Shown here: positions 8,656-19,195 of the stretch, piece by piece
How the letters are laid out: each line of letters begins with the position of its first letter
Numbering within the stretch: the stretch's first letter is position 1
Assembly (NCBI GenBank): GCA_965242725.1
Contig: CBDESZ010000009.1
Span: 12,096 to 76,095, forward strand
Length of the DNA: 64,000 nucleotides
Direction of reading: 5' to 3'
Origin: Alkalispirochaeta sp.
GTDB lineage: Bacteria; Spirochaetota; Spirochaetia; DSM-27196; Alkalispirochaetaceae
Made by a program: the position numbers and the translations under genes
Notes under the pieces: generated by a model
Seen by the model: the letters and a program-made list of their open reading frames with translations, nothing else
Told to the model about the DNA's origin: nothing
The model's database searches: none

Positions 8656-9842
8656 CGCCGGTACCCTTCCTTCTCATCATGACCTTCCCACGTAATGAGA
8701 GGGGTTTCCTTTTGCGGAATGGGGAGTGAGATTGTAAATGTCGTTCCATGACCTTCCTTGGATGTCACCGAAATATCGCCCATATGTTCCTTAATGACTT
8801 TGTATACAAGGGTGAGTCCGATCCCGCTTCCAAAATCCTTGGTCGTAAAATAGGGCTCAAAAATCTTGTCACGAACATCGTCACTCATGCCGATTCCGTT
8901 GTCGCTGATGAACAACATCGCCTGATCGCCCCGCTGCTCAGTATTGACCCGTAACATGCCGCCCTTCGGCATCGCTGAAATGGCATTCTTAATGATATTC
9001 AGAAGAGCCTGTTTGAAGTACTTCGGATCCAGCTGAAGTCGCGGCAGCTCTTCATCCAGTTCTTTCACAAGTTCGATATTGCCCTGGGCGAGCTCATATC
9101 GTACGAATGAAAGCATGTCGCTCACCAGACCATTGAGGTCATGCTCCTGAAGATCGGTATCCATTGGACGAACGGCAAAGAGAAAGTCCACAACGATCTT
9201 ATTGAGGCGCTCAATCTCTTCTTCAATCACTCCGAGATAATTTATCACGGTCTCCCGATTCTCCACCTCCGCCCGGGCTATCATTTTGCGCAGGAGCTGG
9301 GCGTGAATGCCGATGGATCCGAGGGGATTTTTGATCTCGTGGGCGACACCCGCCGCCAGAGTCGTCAGACTGGCGAGACTCTCGGCCCTGCGCAATCGCG
9401 CCTCTCTTCCCCGTTTCTCCGAGATATCGACAAGTTGCAGGATATTGCCTCGTATATGTCCCGCCTGGACCAGGGGGATGATACTGCAGCTCAGAATCCT
9501 GGTTTTTCCGCTTTGGTCGAGAGTGAACTCCCTGTCGGACACGGATTCGTCATTTTCAAGCGTATGCTGGACGAATGCGGAAATATCCGCATCGCCGATC
9601 ACGTGCCAGACGGACCGATCACCGATGATCTTGCCCGGAATAAACGGAATCAGGCGTTCCGCCGCCTTGTTAACGAGCATGAGACGGTGAGTCTCATCGG
9701 TGACACATACTCCGTCGTTCATGGAATCGAGAACCACCGCCAGCCGCTCGTTCTCTTCTCCAAGGTCGTGAAAGAGGTGTTCAATCTGTTCCGTATCCAG
9801 CTTCGGGAGCTTTTCCAAAGCCCTCCGGACAAAACCTCTCAT
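8652..9842 (-). CDS. Cytoplasmic PAS-domain sensor histidine kinase (Hk2-like)
   Basis: PAS region, H-box AGVAHEIKNPL, N-box NIIKNA, DNGIGM, FTTK, GSGIGL; no transmembrane segment; overlaps the regulator start. Confidence 0.93.
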   Translation of the reverse strand: MRGFVRRALEKLPKLDTEQIEHLFHDLGEENERLAVVLDSMNDGVCVTDETHRLMLVNKAAERLIPFIPGKIIGDRSVWHVIGDADISAFVQHTLENDESVSDREFTLDQSGKTRILSCSIIPLVQAGHIRGNILQLVDISEKRGREARLRRAESLASLTTLAAGVAHEIKNPLGSIGIHAQLLRKMIARAEVENRETVINYLGVIEEEIERLNKIVVDFLFAVRPMDTDLQEHDLNGLVSDMLSFVRYELAQGNIELVKELDEELPRLQLDPKYFKQALLNIIKNAISAMPKGGMLRVNTEQRGDQAMLFISDNGIGMSDDVRDKIFEPYFTTKDFGSGIGLTLVYKVIKEHMGDISVTSKEGHGTTFTISLPIPQKETPLITWEGHDEKEGYRR

Positions 9843-11038
9843 GATTCAACCTTCTCCACTGTCTTTTTCAATGCAAGGATAAGCGCGGGTAATACCGACT
9901 GGGGGCTCATGTTTCTTGTATCGATTCTGCTCCAGTAGCGACGAACGAGGGCACTCCAGTTGAAAAGCACCCGTCGGGTCACCACACCTCCTGCGTTTTC
10001 CCGCAGACGAAGACGAATTTCCTCTTCAAGTGAATCGAGAAAGTACTCCGCTCCGTGCCGCGGCGACGTTGCAGCGATGCGATCTTTCAATCGTCGTTCA
10101 ATACTATGGGTCGGTCTTCCCTCTTCAATATGATCGACAAGCTCCCGGCTTATCGTCGGCCAGCTGTCCCCATCAACACCCGTCTGGTCGCGGAAAAACT
10201 CGCGTAGTCGCTCCGCCGGTGTCTCCAGACGAAAGATGCGGCGTTGCACCGCCTGTTGATCTTCCTCCCGCCGTTCCGGTAATTCATATGCCCGCAGTCG
10301 GGACCGAATCGTCGGGATGAGGGCCGTCTTCCGGGACGAAGTAAGAATGAATGTGGTATTGACCGGCGGCTCCTCAAGGATCTTGAGCATGCCGTTGCGG
10401 GCGCCTTCCTGAAGGGTGTGGGCCTCTTCTATGATGACAACCTGCCGTCCCCCCGACGACATCAGGTGTGACCACCCCGACACGGCGCGTATGACGTCGA
10501 CGGGGACGGAATCGTGGGGGAGGAGCTGCTCCAGCCGGATCGATTCTTTTTCTATCTTCCCGAGTATCGACGGGAGAGAGGATGCGTCCTCTTCGGCGGC
10601 GGCGTCAAAATCGGCAAGCGTCGACTCCAGATTCTCGGCGACGGGCAAGGCACTCTTGATCCTGTTTTCTGGCCATACAAGCGGTTCAAAGCGGCGTATG
10701 AGCTTTCGCACACTCCGAACGACGAGGAATCGGGTACCCGAGCGGTTTTCCCTGCGGAAGGCAGCGAGGGCGGCCGCAATTTCCTGGGAAAAATAGCGGG
10801 GTCCAAGCATGAGTGTGTTTGGATGCTGCAGCGCCCGATGCATTGAACATGATCGGCACGTGCAGTTCCACAGACCTTTTTCGGTGCATGTGATCACCCG
10901 GGCCGTTTCCAGCGCTACCGAAGACTTGCCGCCGTAACGGGGACCCGAAATAAGGATGGAACCGGGAAGTGTACCGGTTGTTATGTCCCGCCGGAGGTCG
11001 TCGCACACCCGGGATAAGCCGATGATATTCTCAAACAT
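9839..11038 (-). CDS. DNA polymerase III delta'-like (HolB-like) clamp-loader protein
   Basis: GPRYGGKS, Cys cluster CTCRSC, VVIIEEAH, NGMLKILEEPP, LIPTIRSR. Confidence 0.75.
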   Translation of the reverse strand: MFENIIGLSRVCDDLRRDITTGTLPGSILISGPRYGGKSSVALETARVITCTEKGLWNCTCRSCSMHRALQHPNTLMLGPRYFSQEIAAALAAFRRENRSGTRFLVVRSVRKLIRRFEPLVWPENRIKSALPVAENLESTLADFDAAAEEDASSLPSILGKIEKESIRLEQLLPHDSVPVDVIRAVSGWSHLMSSGGRQVVIIEEAHTLQEGARNGMLKILEEPPVNTTFILTSSRKTALIPTIRSRLRAYELPERREEDQQAVQRRIFRLETPAERLREFFRDQTGVDGDSWPTISRELVDHIEEGRPTHSIERRLKDRIAATSPRHGAEYFLDSLEEEIRLRLRENAGGVVTRRVLFNWSALVRRYWSRIDTRNMSPQSVLPALILALKKTVEKVES

Positions 11039-11523
11039 TATGTACCGATCGAAATAATCTGCTGTGCATAGGGCAACAGCGGCTGCAGCACTGCGGCAAA
11101 GACACTTTCAGCCAATAAGGTCTGGGCGTCAAAGAGTGGTTGAAGCTGCAGCAGTAGTACCGCAACAAACACGACAAGAATCCCTTCACAGATGCCGAGA
11201 AAAAAACCGAGAGCCCTGTCGAGGCTTTCCAGATGAATCTTTTCCACAAGACGGTCGAGAGCCGTCTCAAAAAGTTTCACGACGATGTATGTGATGAGAA
11301 AGAGGCCGAGGAATGCGACAACCTGCGCCCAGGGCCCGTCACCGATGTAAGGCCGAATATACCCGGAGGTGACACCGGAGAAAAATACCGCCACCGCAAT
11401 ACCGAGAATCAGGGCGGCCATGGACATGAATTCTTTTACAAATCCCTTTATCCCCACCCGAACGGTGAAAAAAACGATAATAACGATAAATACGATATCC
11501 AACCCCGATAAGCTCATGTCCAT
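11038..11523 (-). CDS. cvpA: CvpA-family membrane protein
   Basis: LDIVFIVII...GIKGFVKE, LDRALGFFLG; four hydrophobic segments. Confidence 0.88.
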   Translation of the reverse strand: MDMSLSGLDIVFIVIIVFFTVRVGIKGFVKEFMSMAALILGIAVAVFFSGVTSGYIRPYIGDGPWAQVVAFLGLFLITYIVVKLFETALDRLVEKIHLESLDRALGFFLGICEGILVVFVAVLLLQLQPLFDAQTLLAESVFAAVLQPLLPYAQQIISIGT

Positions 11524-11572
11524 ACATCAGTATTGTAAACAGAAAAGGAGCATCAAACAATGACCGTCCGGT

Positions 11573-12667
11573 TCAGGGGCTGATCATCCCGGCGATCGTT
11601 GCAGCGGCGTTTCCATGGCTCCAGCGCCGCGCCGCGGCAGCCATGGCGCTCCTTCGCGCTCCGTCGTGTATCAGATTGAGGAGTACCGCAAGGAGATCCG
11701 CACCTGTCGAACGGGGATCATCTATCACCTCGGCACACCCCGATTCCCGGTACCGCTCCGCGTTCCTGAGCTGATCCCCCCGGGAGGTTCCCGTGGAGAG
11801 GGGAATAAGGACCGCGGGAACAGCGACGGCGGAGAGCTCCCAGATCGTTCCCGCGCCGGCCCGGGCAACGACAATATCCGCCCGTCGCAGAAGCGCGGGG
11901 AACTCGTCGTGAAAGGTGGCTGCGCCGTAGTAGCGGCCGGCAGGCGCGAGTCCGCGGATTGTTGTAATGCGCCCCTCTTCCTTATCACCCGTCTGGTGAA
12001 CGACGACGGCGTGGCGGCACAGCTCACCGATGATTGACTCGATCCAGTCGTTCACCTGCCGCGCCCCCAGGGATCCGCCGGTTACCAGAATCACCGGGTC
12101 CGCACTCTCCTCAAGTCCCAGACGCTGAAGGACTCCTTCAGTCTCGGCGGAATAAAAGGCGGCTCGCACGGGATTTCCCGTTACCACAACCCGTTGTCGT
12201 ATGGATTCAGAGAAGAAGGTAGCAGTTTCGCGATACGGCACACAGACGGTACGGGCAAATGGGGCGGTCAGTCGCGTTGCAAGCCCCGGATCAGCATCGG
12301 ATTCATGGATCACCACCGGTATTTTAAGCAGCCGCGCCGCAAATACGACGGGGACGGCGACAAAACCGCCTTTTGAGAAGACGATCTCCCCCTCAAGCTG
12401 CCGGAGAAGGACAACGGCCTGGACAATACCAATGACGACACGGAATGCGTCGATGACATTTTCCAGATCGAAGTAACGACGGAGCTTTCCGGTCTGTACG
12501 CTCCGATAGGGAATGCCGTGGGAGCGTATGATACGCTCTTCCATCCCTGATCTGGACCCGACCCACATGACCTTGCGGCGGAGTTCAGGACTGAGTGCAT
12601 CGTATACTGCCAGGCCGGGATAGACGTGCCCTCCCGTACCGCCGCCGGTAAAAATTATCGTGCCCAT
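11573..12667 (-). CDS. murG: UDP-GlcNAc:lipid I GlcNAc transferase MurG
   Basis: TGGGTGGHVYPG, KGGFVAVP, HESD, TGNPVR, TGGSLGA, RAGAGT, DQLRNA. Confidence 0.96.
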   Translation of the reverse strand: MGTIIFTGGGTGGHVYPGLAVYDALSPELRRKVMWVGSRSGMEERIIRSHGIPYRSVQTGKLRRYFDLENVIDAFRVVIGIVQAVVLLRQLEGEIVFSKGGFVAVPVVFAARLLKIPVVIHESDADPGLATRLTAPFARTVCVPYRETATFFSESIRQRVVVTGNPVRAAFYSAETEGVLQRLGLEESADPVILVTGGSLGARQVNDWIESIIGELCRHAVVVHQTGDKEEGRITTIRGLAPAGRYYGAATFHDEFPALLRRADIVVARAGAGTIWELSAVAVPAVLIPLSTGTSRGDQLRNAERYRESGCAEVIDDPRSTGADLLAVLLNLIHDGARRSAMAAAARRWSHGNAAATIAGMISP

Positions 12668-12705
12668 ATTGTTAGAATGTCCTCACCGTTGTACGTTACC
12701 GTACC

Positions 12706-13476
12706 ATGTACAGATATCGACCCGCAATTGCGCTCCTTCTGGGACTCGTTTCTTTTGTCCCGATTCTATCCGCCCAGCGTGCAGCGGATGACCGCCTTCC
12801 CGGCGGCATGTCCAACTTTTATACAGACTCAGTGGATACATCTCTCGCTCCCCCTTCATCACTTGTTTCTTCAATTGAGTCAGGCCTGGAGGCGCTGGAT
12901 CCCAGGGTCGGGATAGAGATCATCGTTCCCATACCCGTTGGGGACGCGGCGTTTTCTGACGGTGGAACATTGCGCATATACAATATTCTCCGGAGTATCA
13001 GCACCATGGAAGGTCTGGAGTACTACTCGGCGAGCCGGGAACGGATGCGTATTTTTTACGAAGAGAGCTACGTCGTTGATGGGCCGGAACGGCGCAATCG
13101 CATATCCGATCCGTTCGTTACCGAAGTCCCCCGGGAAGACCGGATTTATGCGTTTCAAAAGGACAGTTCCTTTGGAGAGAACGTTCAGAAAATTGATTAT
13201 CTGCGGTCCGACGGGGAGATCCTCCTCTCCATGGAAAACACGACCACCATGGTCTACAAGTTTGTTCCCCTTGTCACTCCGGGCAATCTCAAGACCTTTA
13301 TCCTGATTCGACCGGATTCCGATGAGGGAGTCATCGAGTTTTACGGGAATCTCGGTATTCGGGTACCGGCGCTCTTCGGTCTGCAGGAGCGTGCCCGGGA
13401 CAGTTTCTACAACCGCGTCGTCGCGCTGTATGGGTGGTTTGTCCGGGAACTTACCGCGGAAGGACTCACACCGTAG
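12706..13476 (+). CDS. Exported hypothetical protein
   Basis: N-terminal signal-peptide-like segment; 256 aa; fills the gap between murG and the response regulator. Confidence 0.7.
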   Translation: MYRYRPAIALLLGLVSFVPILSAQRAADDRLPGGMSNFYTDSVDTSLAPPSSLVSSIESGLEALDPRVGIEIIVPIPVGDAAFSDGGTLRIYNILRSISTMEGLEYYSASRERMRIFYEESYVVDGPERRNRISDPFVTEVPREDRIYAFQKDSSFGENVQKIDYLRSDGEILLSMENTTTMVYKFVPLVTPGNLKTFILIRPDSDEGVIEFYGNLGIRVPALFGLQERARDSFYNRVVALYGWFVRELTAEGLTP

Positions 13477-13505
13477 CCTAACATGAACCTAACACTACCT
13501 TCATA
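13477..13505 (+). promoter_or_regulatory. Putative PhoB/OmpR-type direct-repeat box
   Basis: CCTAACA at 13477 and 13488, and degenerate CTTCATA at 13499, give an 11-bp period upstream of an OmpR/PhoB regulator. Confidence 0.45.
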
Positions 13506-13552
13506 GTCTATGACCGTCTCACGTCGATGCTGTTCATGAGGTACAACGGGTT

Positions 13553-14242
13553 ATGACGCAGGAAACGATTCTGATCGTCGATGATGAACCGGATATTCAG
13601 GAATTGATTCGATACAATCTCAAGAAAGAAGGATTTCACGTCCTGACGGCGGGAAGTGCCACCGAAGCGTTTGCCGCGGTGAACCGACGTCATCCCGATG
13701 CGATTATTCTCGATCTCATGCTTCCCGATATGAGCGGAACAATTGTGTGCCGACGTCTCAAGGCCGACGATCGCACGAGGCATATTCCCGTTATCATGCT
13801 GACCGCAAAATCGGAGGAGATGGATGTCGTCGCGGGACTTGAGACGGGAGCCGACGATTACGTCACAAAACCCTTCAGCCCCAGGATCCTCGTTGCACGC
13901 CTGCGGGCGGCTTTGAGAAAAGGTGGTGAATCCGCACCGGCACCCGGACCGGAGTACTTGTCGGCCCACGGAATCCGTTTGGATGTCGGCCGGCACGAAG
14001 TTTTCGTGAATGAGCGCAAGATCGCCCTCTCGTCAACCGAGTTTGCCCTTCTTGAGTTCTTTCTGGAGAATCCGGGGATGGTCTTTTCCCGAACCAGGAT
14101 TATCGACGCCGTTCGTGGAAAGGACTATCCCGTCACGGAACGTGCGGTGGATGTTCAAATCCTGGGACTGCGAAAAAAACTCGGCAATCACGGGGTCTTC
14201 ATAGAAACTGTTCGTGGTGTCGGATATCGCATGAAAGGGTAG
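13553..14242 (+). CDS. OmpR/PhoB-family response regulator (PhoB-like)
   Basis: ILIVDDE, LDLMLP, IPVIMLTAK, GADDYVTKPFS, winged-helix end IETVRGVGY. Confidence 0.93.
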   Translation: MTQETILIVDDEPDIQELIRYNLKKEGFHVLTAGSATEAFAAVNRRHPDAIILDLMLPDMSGTIVCRRLKADDRTRHIPVIMLTAKSEEMDVVAGLETGADDYVTKPFSPRILVARLRAALRKGGESAPAPGPEYLSAHGIRLDVGRHEVFVNERKIALSSTEFALLEFFLENPGMVFSRTRIIDAVRGKDYPVTERAVDVQILGLRKKLGNHGVFIETVRGVGYRMKG

Positions 14243-14258
14243 CACCTCTCCCGTCGCG

Positions 14259-15599
14259 TCACAGCCCGACGGCACGCAGGACGAGCTGAACCGTTCCGAT
14301 CGCCGCACCGAGCAATGCACCGAAGAGGTTTATCCAGCGGAGATGGCGGCGGATAATCCCCAGAAGCAGCCCTTCAACCTGCCGGATTTCGAGATCATTT
14401 ATTCGATCGACGACGACCTGGTAGATATTCAGATGGGCGACAAATTTCGGTGCGATATTCGCAAGGAGAGGTGAAAGGCGGGATGTGACGATGCGTGACA
14501 GGTATCCTTTTCGCGCGTCCACAAAGGGGAGAATGTGTTTCAAAGGGACCGACGCATGCTCGTCAAGGAAACGCGAGAGCGTCCGCTTCATCGTCACAAA
14601 GAGGTGGTGGATCGAGTCATCACCGCCAAGCAATTCGATACCTCTCGTAACGATCCGATCGACCCGGTCACGATCGGAAAGTATTTCCGCGATTGACCGT
14701 TCCACCATGGACCGACCGGCGGGAGAAATGAGTTCCGAAAAGGGTTGAGAACGGCGGGCAGCTACCCATTCCTGCACCCTGCGTGCGACGGTTTCACCCG
14801 TTTCGGGACGATGCAGAAATGCACCCAGTTCCGCGGTAATACGGGAAGTGATGGTGGGGACCCTCGCAAGAAGCTGGCGATCGTACTGACCCGCCGTTAC
14901 CACCAGCCGCTGAAAGCTGTTCAACTGATCAAGGGTGTAGGAGAGAACGCGGCGGAGAATTCCCTGAAACTGCCGCTGCGTCTCCGGATCGTGCAACGCC
15001 CGTTCCGCAGTTTCCCGCACATGAGGCCACAACTCGGAGACGAGCCGTTCAATATGATCGTCCGACAGCGCCCGAAGCACCGGCGCCCCCGCAAGGGCTT
15101 TGTCCACGCCGACTGAAATCGAATCCGCATGGGAGACGACGTAGTCGACGGCATTTGCCTGTATAGCCCGCCGCACGTCGACGGTATTCTGCAGTGTCGT
15201 CAGAACCAGCGTCTCCGCAACATTCACCAGAGAGACGGGATCGATGACCGCCCGCGCGTCTCTGACGGGAGTGTCGCCCACGCTTTCAAGGAGGCGATGG
15301 ATTCCCCGCCGCAACGTCAGCCGAAACGACTCGTTCCTGAAGCGCTCCGTGAATACATCGGTCGTCAGGAGGTCCCGGGATACCATTCGACCGATACTTT
15401 CGGCGAGCTCCTCCCGCCGGCGGGGGATTACACCCGGTGTGAAGGGAACGGGAATAGGGCCGATACGGATGCGGGAGAGCGGTCGAAAGAGCATCCGTAT
15501 CGCCAGTGCGTTGGTGACGTATCCGATGAGGGCGCCGAGGAGTGGCGGAAGCACCCACGGTATCAGTTGTACAAACATATCGATATCAATCATCTGCAA
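14259..15599 (-). CDS. DUF445-like membrane protein
   Basis: GALIGYVTNALAIRMLFRP...GVIPRRREELA; C-terminal LRWINLFGALLGAAIG. Confidence 0.8.
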   Translation of the reverse strand: MQMIDIDMFVQLIPWVLPPLLGALIGYVTNALAIRMLFRPLSRIRIGPIPVPFTPGVIPRRREELAESIGRMVSRDLLTTDVFTERFRNESFRLTLRRGIHRLLESVGDTPVRDARAVIDPVSLVNVAETLVLTTLQNTVDVRRAIQANAVDYVVSHADSISVGVDKALAGAPVLRALSDDHIERLVSELWPHVRETAERALHDPETQRQFQGILRRVLSYTLDQLNSFQRLVVTAGQYDRQLLARVPTITSRITAELGAFLHRPETGETVARRVQEWVAARRSQPFSELISPAGRSMVERSIAEILSDRDRVDRIVTRGIELLGGDDSIHHLFVTMKRTLSRFLDEHASVPLKHILPFVDARKGYLSRIVTSRLSPLLANIAPKFVAHLNIYQVVVDRINDLEIRQVEGLLLGIIRRHLRWINLFGALLGAAIGTVQLVLRAVGL

Positions 15600-15987
15600 G
15601 ATTCATCATTCCCAGTGCATTGAGCGCCATCTCCCGGGAGGGGAAAAGGCGTATCTTCGCCCCTTCGATCCAGCCCTCGGCAGGAATAAGGCGCACTTCA
15701 ATCCAATCACCATCGGACATACTGCCCACGACGGACAGGATGTCACCCTTGCGCACCACACCGGTAATATCGGCGCTTCTCTGAGGTGTAACATACATGC
15801 GCGCATAGTGGTCAACCACGAGGGCGTACCGATCCTGTACCCCAAGGACGGGAGTCTCCGGAAGGGTCATGCCCTCTTCGTCACGGGAACATGCGGTAAA
15901 AACGGCGACGCAGAAGATGACGAGAACCACCTTTGTCGCGCGCCGGAGCGGGGGGAACTGTCGAGCCGTCCATTTCGGGAACATCAC
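15586..15987 (-). CDS. Putative lipoprotein with SH3b-like domain
   Basis: Hydrophobic signal ending [14 protein letters not shown]...WIEV...EGWI pattern; overlaps the uvrB stop. Confidence 0.65.
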   Translation of the reverse strand: MMFPKWTARQFPPLRRATKVVLVIFCVAVFTACSRDEEGMTLPETPVLGVQDRYALVVDHYARMYVTPQRSADITGVVRKGDILSVVGSMSDGDWIEVRLIPAEGWIEGAKIRLFPSREMALNALGMMNLADD

Positions 15988-17966
15988 ATCCCCTTGAGCT
16001 TTTCGATTTCGTCGCGAAGCACCGCCGCCTGTTCAAATTCCAGGTTCTTGGCGTGCTCCAGCATTTCCTTTTCCAGAAGCTTGACAAGCTTCGCCCGCTG
16101 GGTGGGGACAAGTACATTGAAACTCTTTTTCATGATTTCAAGCTGTTTCTCTTCATCCGCCCGCTTATCGTCTTTTTCCCTCTTTATGATGTCGTAGACG
16201 GATTTCCGTATCGATTGGGGTGTGATCCCGTGCTGTTCGTTGTATTCACTTTGTATACGCCGACGGCGCTCGGTCTCCTCAATGGCGGTCTTCATCGCCG
16301 GGGAGTGCTTGTCGGCATACATGATGACCGTGCCGTTGACGTTGCGGGCGGCCCGTCCGATCGTCTGAATGAGGGACGTCGCGGATCGAAGGAAGCCGAT
16401 CTTGTCCGCATCAAGGATCGCGACCAGGCTGACCTCGGGAAGATCCAACCCTTCCCGCAACAGATTGATCCCCACAAGGACGTCAAAGTTACCCGCCCGC
16501 AGATCGGTAAGAATTTCGACACGTTCTATCGTCTCGATCTCCGAGTGGAGATAGCGAACCTTTACCCCGAGATTGGCGAAGTACTCCGTCAGATCTTCCG
16601 CCATCTTTTTTGTAAGCGTCGTCACGAGAACCCGCTCGCCCGCTTCCACGCGCTTCACGATCTCCCCGTGGAGGTCTTCGATTTGCCCCTCCGTAGGTCG
16701 AACGTCGAGTCGGGGATCGAGAAGTCCCGTCGGTCTGATGATCTGCTCCACAACCCGCACCGAACGGCGCTGCTCTTCTTCCGTCGGTGTAGCGCTTACA
16801 AAGACGCACCGGTCGATGAGCGATTCAAACTCTTCAAAGACGAGGGGGCGGTTGTCCAGGGCGGAGGGAAGACGAAAACCGTAATTCACCAGGGATTCCT
16901 TCCGCGAGCGGTCCCCTGCGTACATACCCCTTACCTGAGGAACCGTCACATGGGACTCATCGATGAGGGTGAGGTACCGGGAGGGGAAATAGTCTATCAG
17001 GGTGGCCGGGCGCTCTCCCGCCGATCGCCCGCTGAGATGCCGGGAATAATTCTCGATACCCGGGCAGTACCCCATCTCTTCCATCATTTCCAGGTCGTAT
17101 TCGGTGCGGCTCTTCAGCCGCTGAGCCTCAACAAGCTTGTTTTCGCTGACAAGATCGGCGTACCTGGCTTCAAGTTCCTCCCTGATCGCCCCGAGGGCGC
17201 CGCGCATCTGGTCTTCAGGCATGACGAAATGCTTGGCAGGATAGACGAAGAGCGTTTCCATCTCCTCCAGGGTATTTCCCGTGAGCGGATCGATCCTCTT
17301 TATCGATTCCACTTCGTCCCAGTCCAGGGATATGCGATACGCCTCTTCCATGTAGGCGGGATATATTTCAAGAATGTCTCCCCGGTGACGGAAGGATCCG
17401 CGGTCGAGTATCGCGTCATTACGGTCATACTGCAGTTCTATGAGCTTCCGTCGTAACAGGGAAATATCGAGTTCCCGTCCCCTGTCTATACGAATCCGCA
17501 TATCCCGATAGTCCCTCGGACTTCCGAGCCCGTATATACAACTCACCGTGGCGACGACGATAACGTCGGGCCGTTCCAGCAGGTTCGTCGTTGCGGCGAG
17601 GCGCAGGCGATCGATTTCATCATTTATCGAGGCGTCTTTCTCTATGTAGAGGTCCCGTGACGCGACGTACGCTTCCGGTTGATAGTAGTCGTAATACGAT
17701 ACAAAGTACTCGACGGCGTTATCGGGGAAATACTCCTTGAACTCCCGATAGAGCTGGGCCGCAAGGGTCTTGTTGTGGCTCACGACGAGCGTCGGCAGCT
17801 GCACCTCTTCAATAACCTTCGCCATGGTGAAGGTCTTCCCCGATCCGGTCACTCCTTTGAGCGTCTGAAACCGGTCGCCTTCCCTGATTCCGTTGCTGAG
17901 TGCCTTTATCGCCTCTCCCTGGTCACCCGACGGCGTATATGTCGAAGCGACGCGAAATCGTGACAT
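15984..17966 (-). CDS. uvrB: Excinuclease ABC subunit B
   Basis: [48 protein letters not shown] tail. Start moved to ATG 17966, which has an SD. Confidence 0.98.
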   Translation of the reverse strand: MSRFRVASTYTPSGDQGEAIKALSNGIREGDRFQTLKGVTGSGKTFTMAKVIEEVQLPTLVVSHNKTLAAQLYREFKEYFPDNAVEYFVSYYDYYQPEAYVASRDLYIEKDASINDEIDRLRLAATTNLLERPDVIVVATVSCIYGLGSPRDYRDMRIRIDRGRELDISLLRRKLIELQYDRNDAILDRGSFRHRGDILEIYPAYMEEAYRISLDWDEVESIKRIDPLTGNTLEEMETLFVYPAKHFVMPEDQMRGALGAIREELEARYADLVSENKLVEAQRLKSRTEYDLEMMEEMGYCPGIENYSRHLSGRSAGERPATLIDYFPSRYLTLIDESHVTVPQVRGMYAGDRSRKESLVNYGFRLPSALDNRPLVFEEFESLIDRCVFVSATPTEEEQRRSVRVVEQIIRPTGLLDPRLDVRPTEGQIEDLHGEIVKRVEAGERVLVTTLTKKMAEDLTEYFANLGVKVRYLHSEIETIERVEILTDLRAGNFDVLVGINLLREGLDLPEVSLVAILDADKIGFLRSATSLIQTIGRAARNVNGTVIMYADKHSPAMKTAIEETERRRRIQSEYNEQHGITPQSIRKSVYDIIKREKDDKRADEEKQLEIMKKSFNVLVPTQRAKLVKLLEKEMLEHAKNLEFEQAAVLRDEIEKLKGM

Positions 17967-17991
17967 TCCTTCTCCCCTTCCTGCGGCGCCG

Positions 17992-19164
17992 TCAATCCCA
18001 TTGAAAGCGGGTCGGCCGCTCACTCAGGGTGATTTCGGCTTCCATTGTACGGCGCCCGCGGACAAACTCGACACTCACCGATTCTCCCGGACGGTTGTCT
18101 TCAAGAGCTTCGTAGAGGTTCGCGATCGACGAGACTTCCATACCGTCCACCGCCGTGATGATATCGCCCCCGAGATAAATTACCGTTCTCCCGTACCGGA
18201 CGGCGGAGTCAGGATCACCGCCGCGTATACCCGCCTCCTGGGCGTTGCCCCCGGGTACGACTTCGCTCACCAGAAGCCCCTTTTCAACGGGCAATCGCGC
18301 ATACTGTACCAGTTGGGGGAACAGCTGACGCGGCACGACATCAATCCAGCCGCGACGGACGACGCCGTATTCTATGAGGTCCGGGACGACCCTGCGCGCC
18401 GTATTGACGGGTACGGCAAATCCGATTCCTATGGAACCTCCGGTGGGAGAAAAGATCATAGTGTTGATTCCGATCATTTCTCCGCGGGAATTGAGGAGCG
18501 GACCGCCCGAATTGCCCGGGTTGATTGAGGCGTCGGTCTGTATCATGTCCCTGATCACCAGGTCGTTTCGTGCCTTCAGCGGTCGACCCAGGCCGCTGAC
18601 GATACCGGTCGTCAACGTCCGATCGAGACCAAAGGGGTTTCCGATTGCCAGGACCTTCTGGCCCACTTTCAGGGCGTCCGAATCTCCCATCGGTATCGGT
18701 TCCAGATTCCTGTCTCCCGGATCAAACCGAATGACGGCGAGATCGTTTTCCGCGTCGGTCCCGATGACGCTGCCCTCAAGGCGCGTCCCGTCGGCGAGGG
18801 TCACAAAAACCCTGTTGGCGCTTTGTACGACGTGGTAATTTGTAAGCACATATCCCCGACTGTCTATAATCGATCCCGAACCTGAGCTGCCCTCCCGGGG
18901 GACCGGTTCCAGGAACCAGTTGTAGGCGACCGTTTCGGTATTGATGTTGACCACCGCCTGATTTCGCTCTTCATAGACGCGAATTGTCACATCTTCATCG
19001 TCCGACACCGCCGCCGCCGAAAGGTCAACGGGGGCCGGTGTAAAGGACTCAGCGACGACACGTTCCGGTGGAGGCGGGGAGACCGATAGGCGTCCAGCGA
19101 TCCACCCGCCGAACGCTGTTACCAAGACAACGAGGATCAGAATAATTCTTCCGCGCCATTGCAT
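17992..19164 (-). CDS. HtrA/DegP-like serine protease with PDZ domain
   Basis: N-terminal TM segment, [25 protein letters not shown], single PDZ domain. Confidence 0.94.
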   Translation of the reverse strand: MQWRGRIILILVVLVTAFGGWIAGRLSVSPPPPERVVAESFTPAPVDLSAAAVSDDEDVTIRVYEERNQAVVNINTETVAYNWFLEPVPREGSSGSGSIIDSRGYVLTNYHVVQSANRVFVTLADGTRLEGSVIGTDAENDLAVIRFDPGDRNLEPIPMGDSDALKVGQKVLAIGNPFGLDRTLTTGIVSGLGRPLKARNDLVIRDMIQTDASINPGNSGGPLLNSRGEMIGINTMIFSPTGGSIGIGFAVPVNTARRVVPDLIEYGVVRRGWIDVVPRQLFPQLVQYARLPVEKGLLVSEVVPGGNAQEAGIRGGDPDSAVRYGRTVIYLGGDIITAVDGMEVSSIANLYEALEDNRPGESVSVEFVRGRRTMEAEITLSERPTRFQWD

Positions 19165-19195
19165 ATCAGAGAAGAGTATACGGGCGTCAGAACGT

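Noticed and set aside
15933..17456. 507-aa plus-strand ORF, and similar antisense ORFs at 4381..5481, 54188..55402 and 49864..50760
   Set aside because: They lie antisense to well-supported genes (uvrB, the DinG-like gene, the activator, the oxidoreductase) and have no recognisable motifs, as expected in GC-rich DNA.
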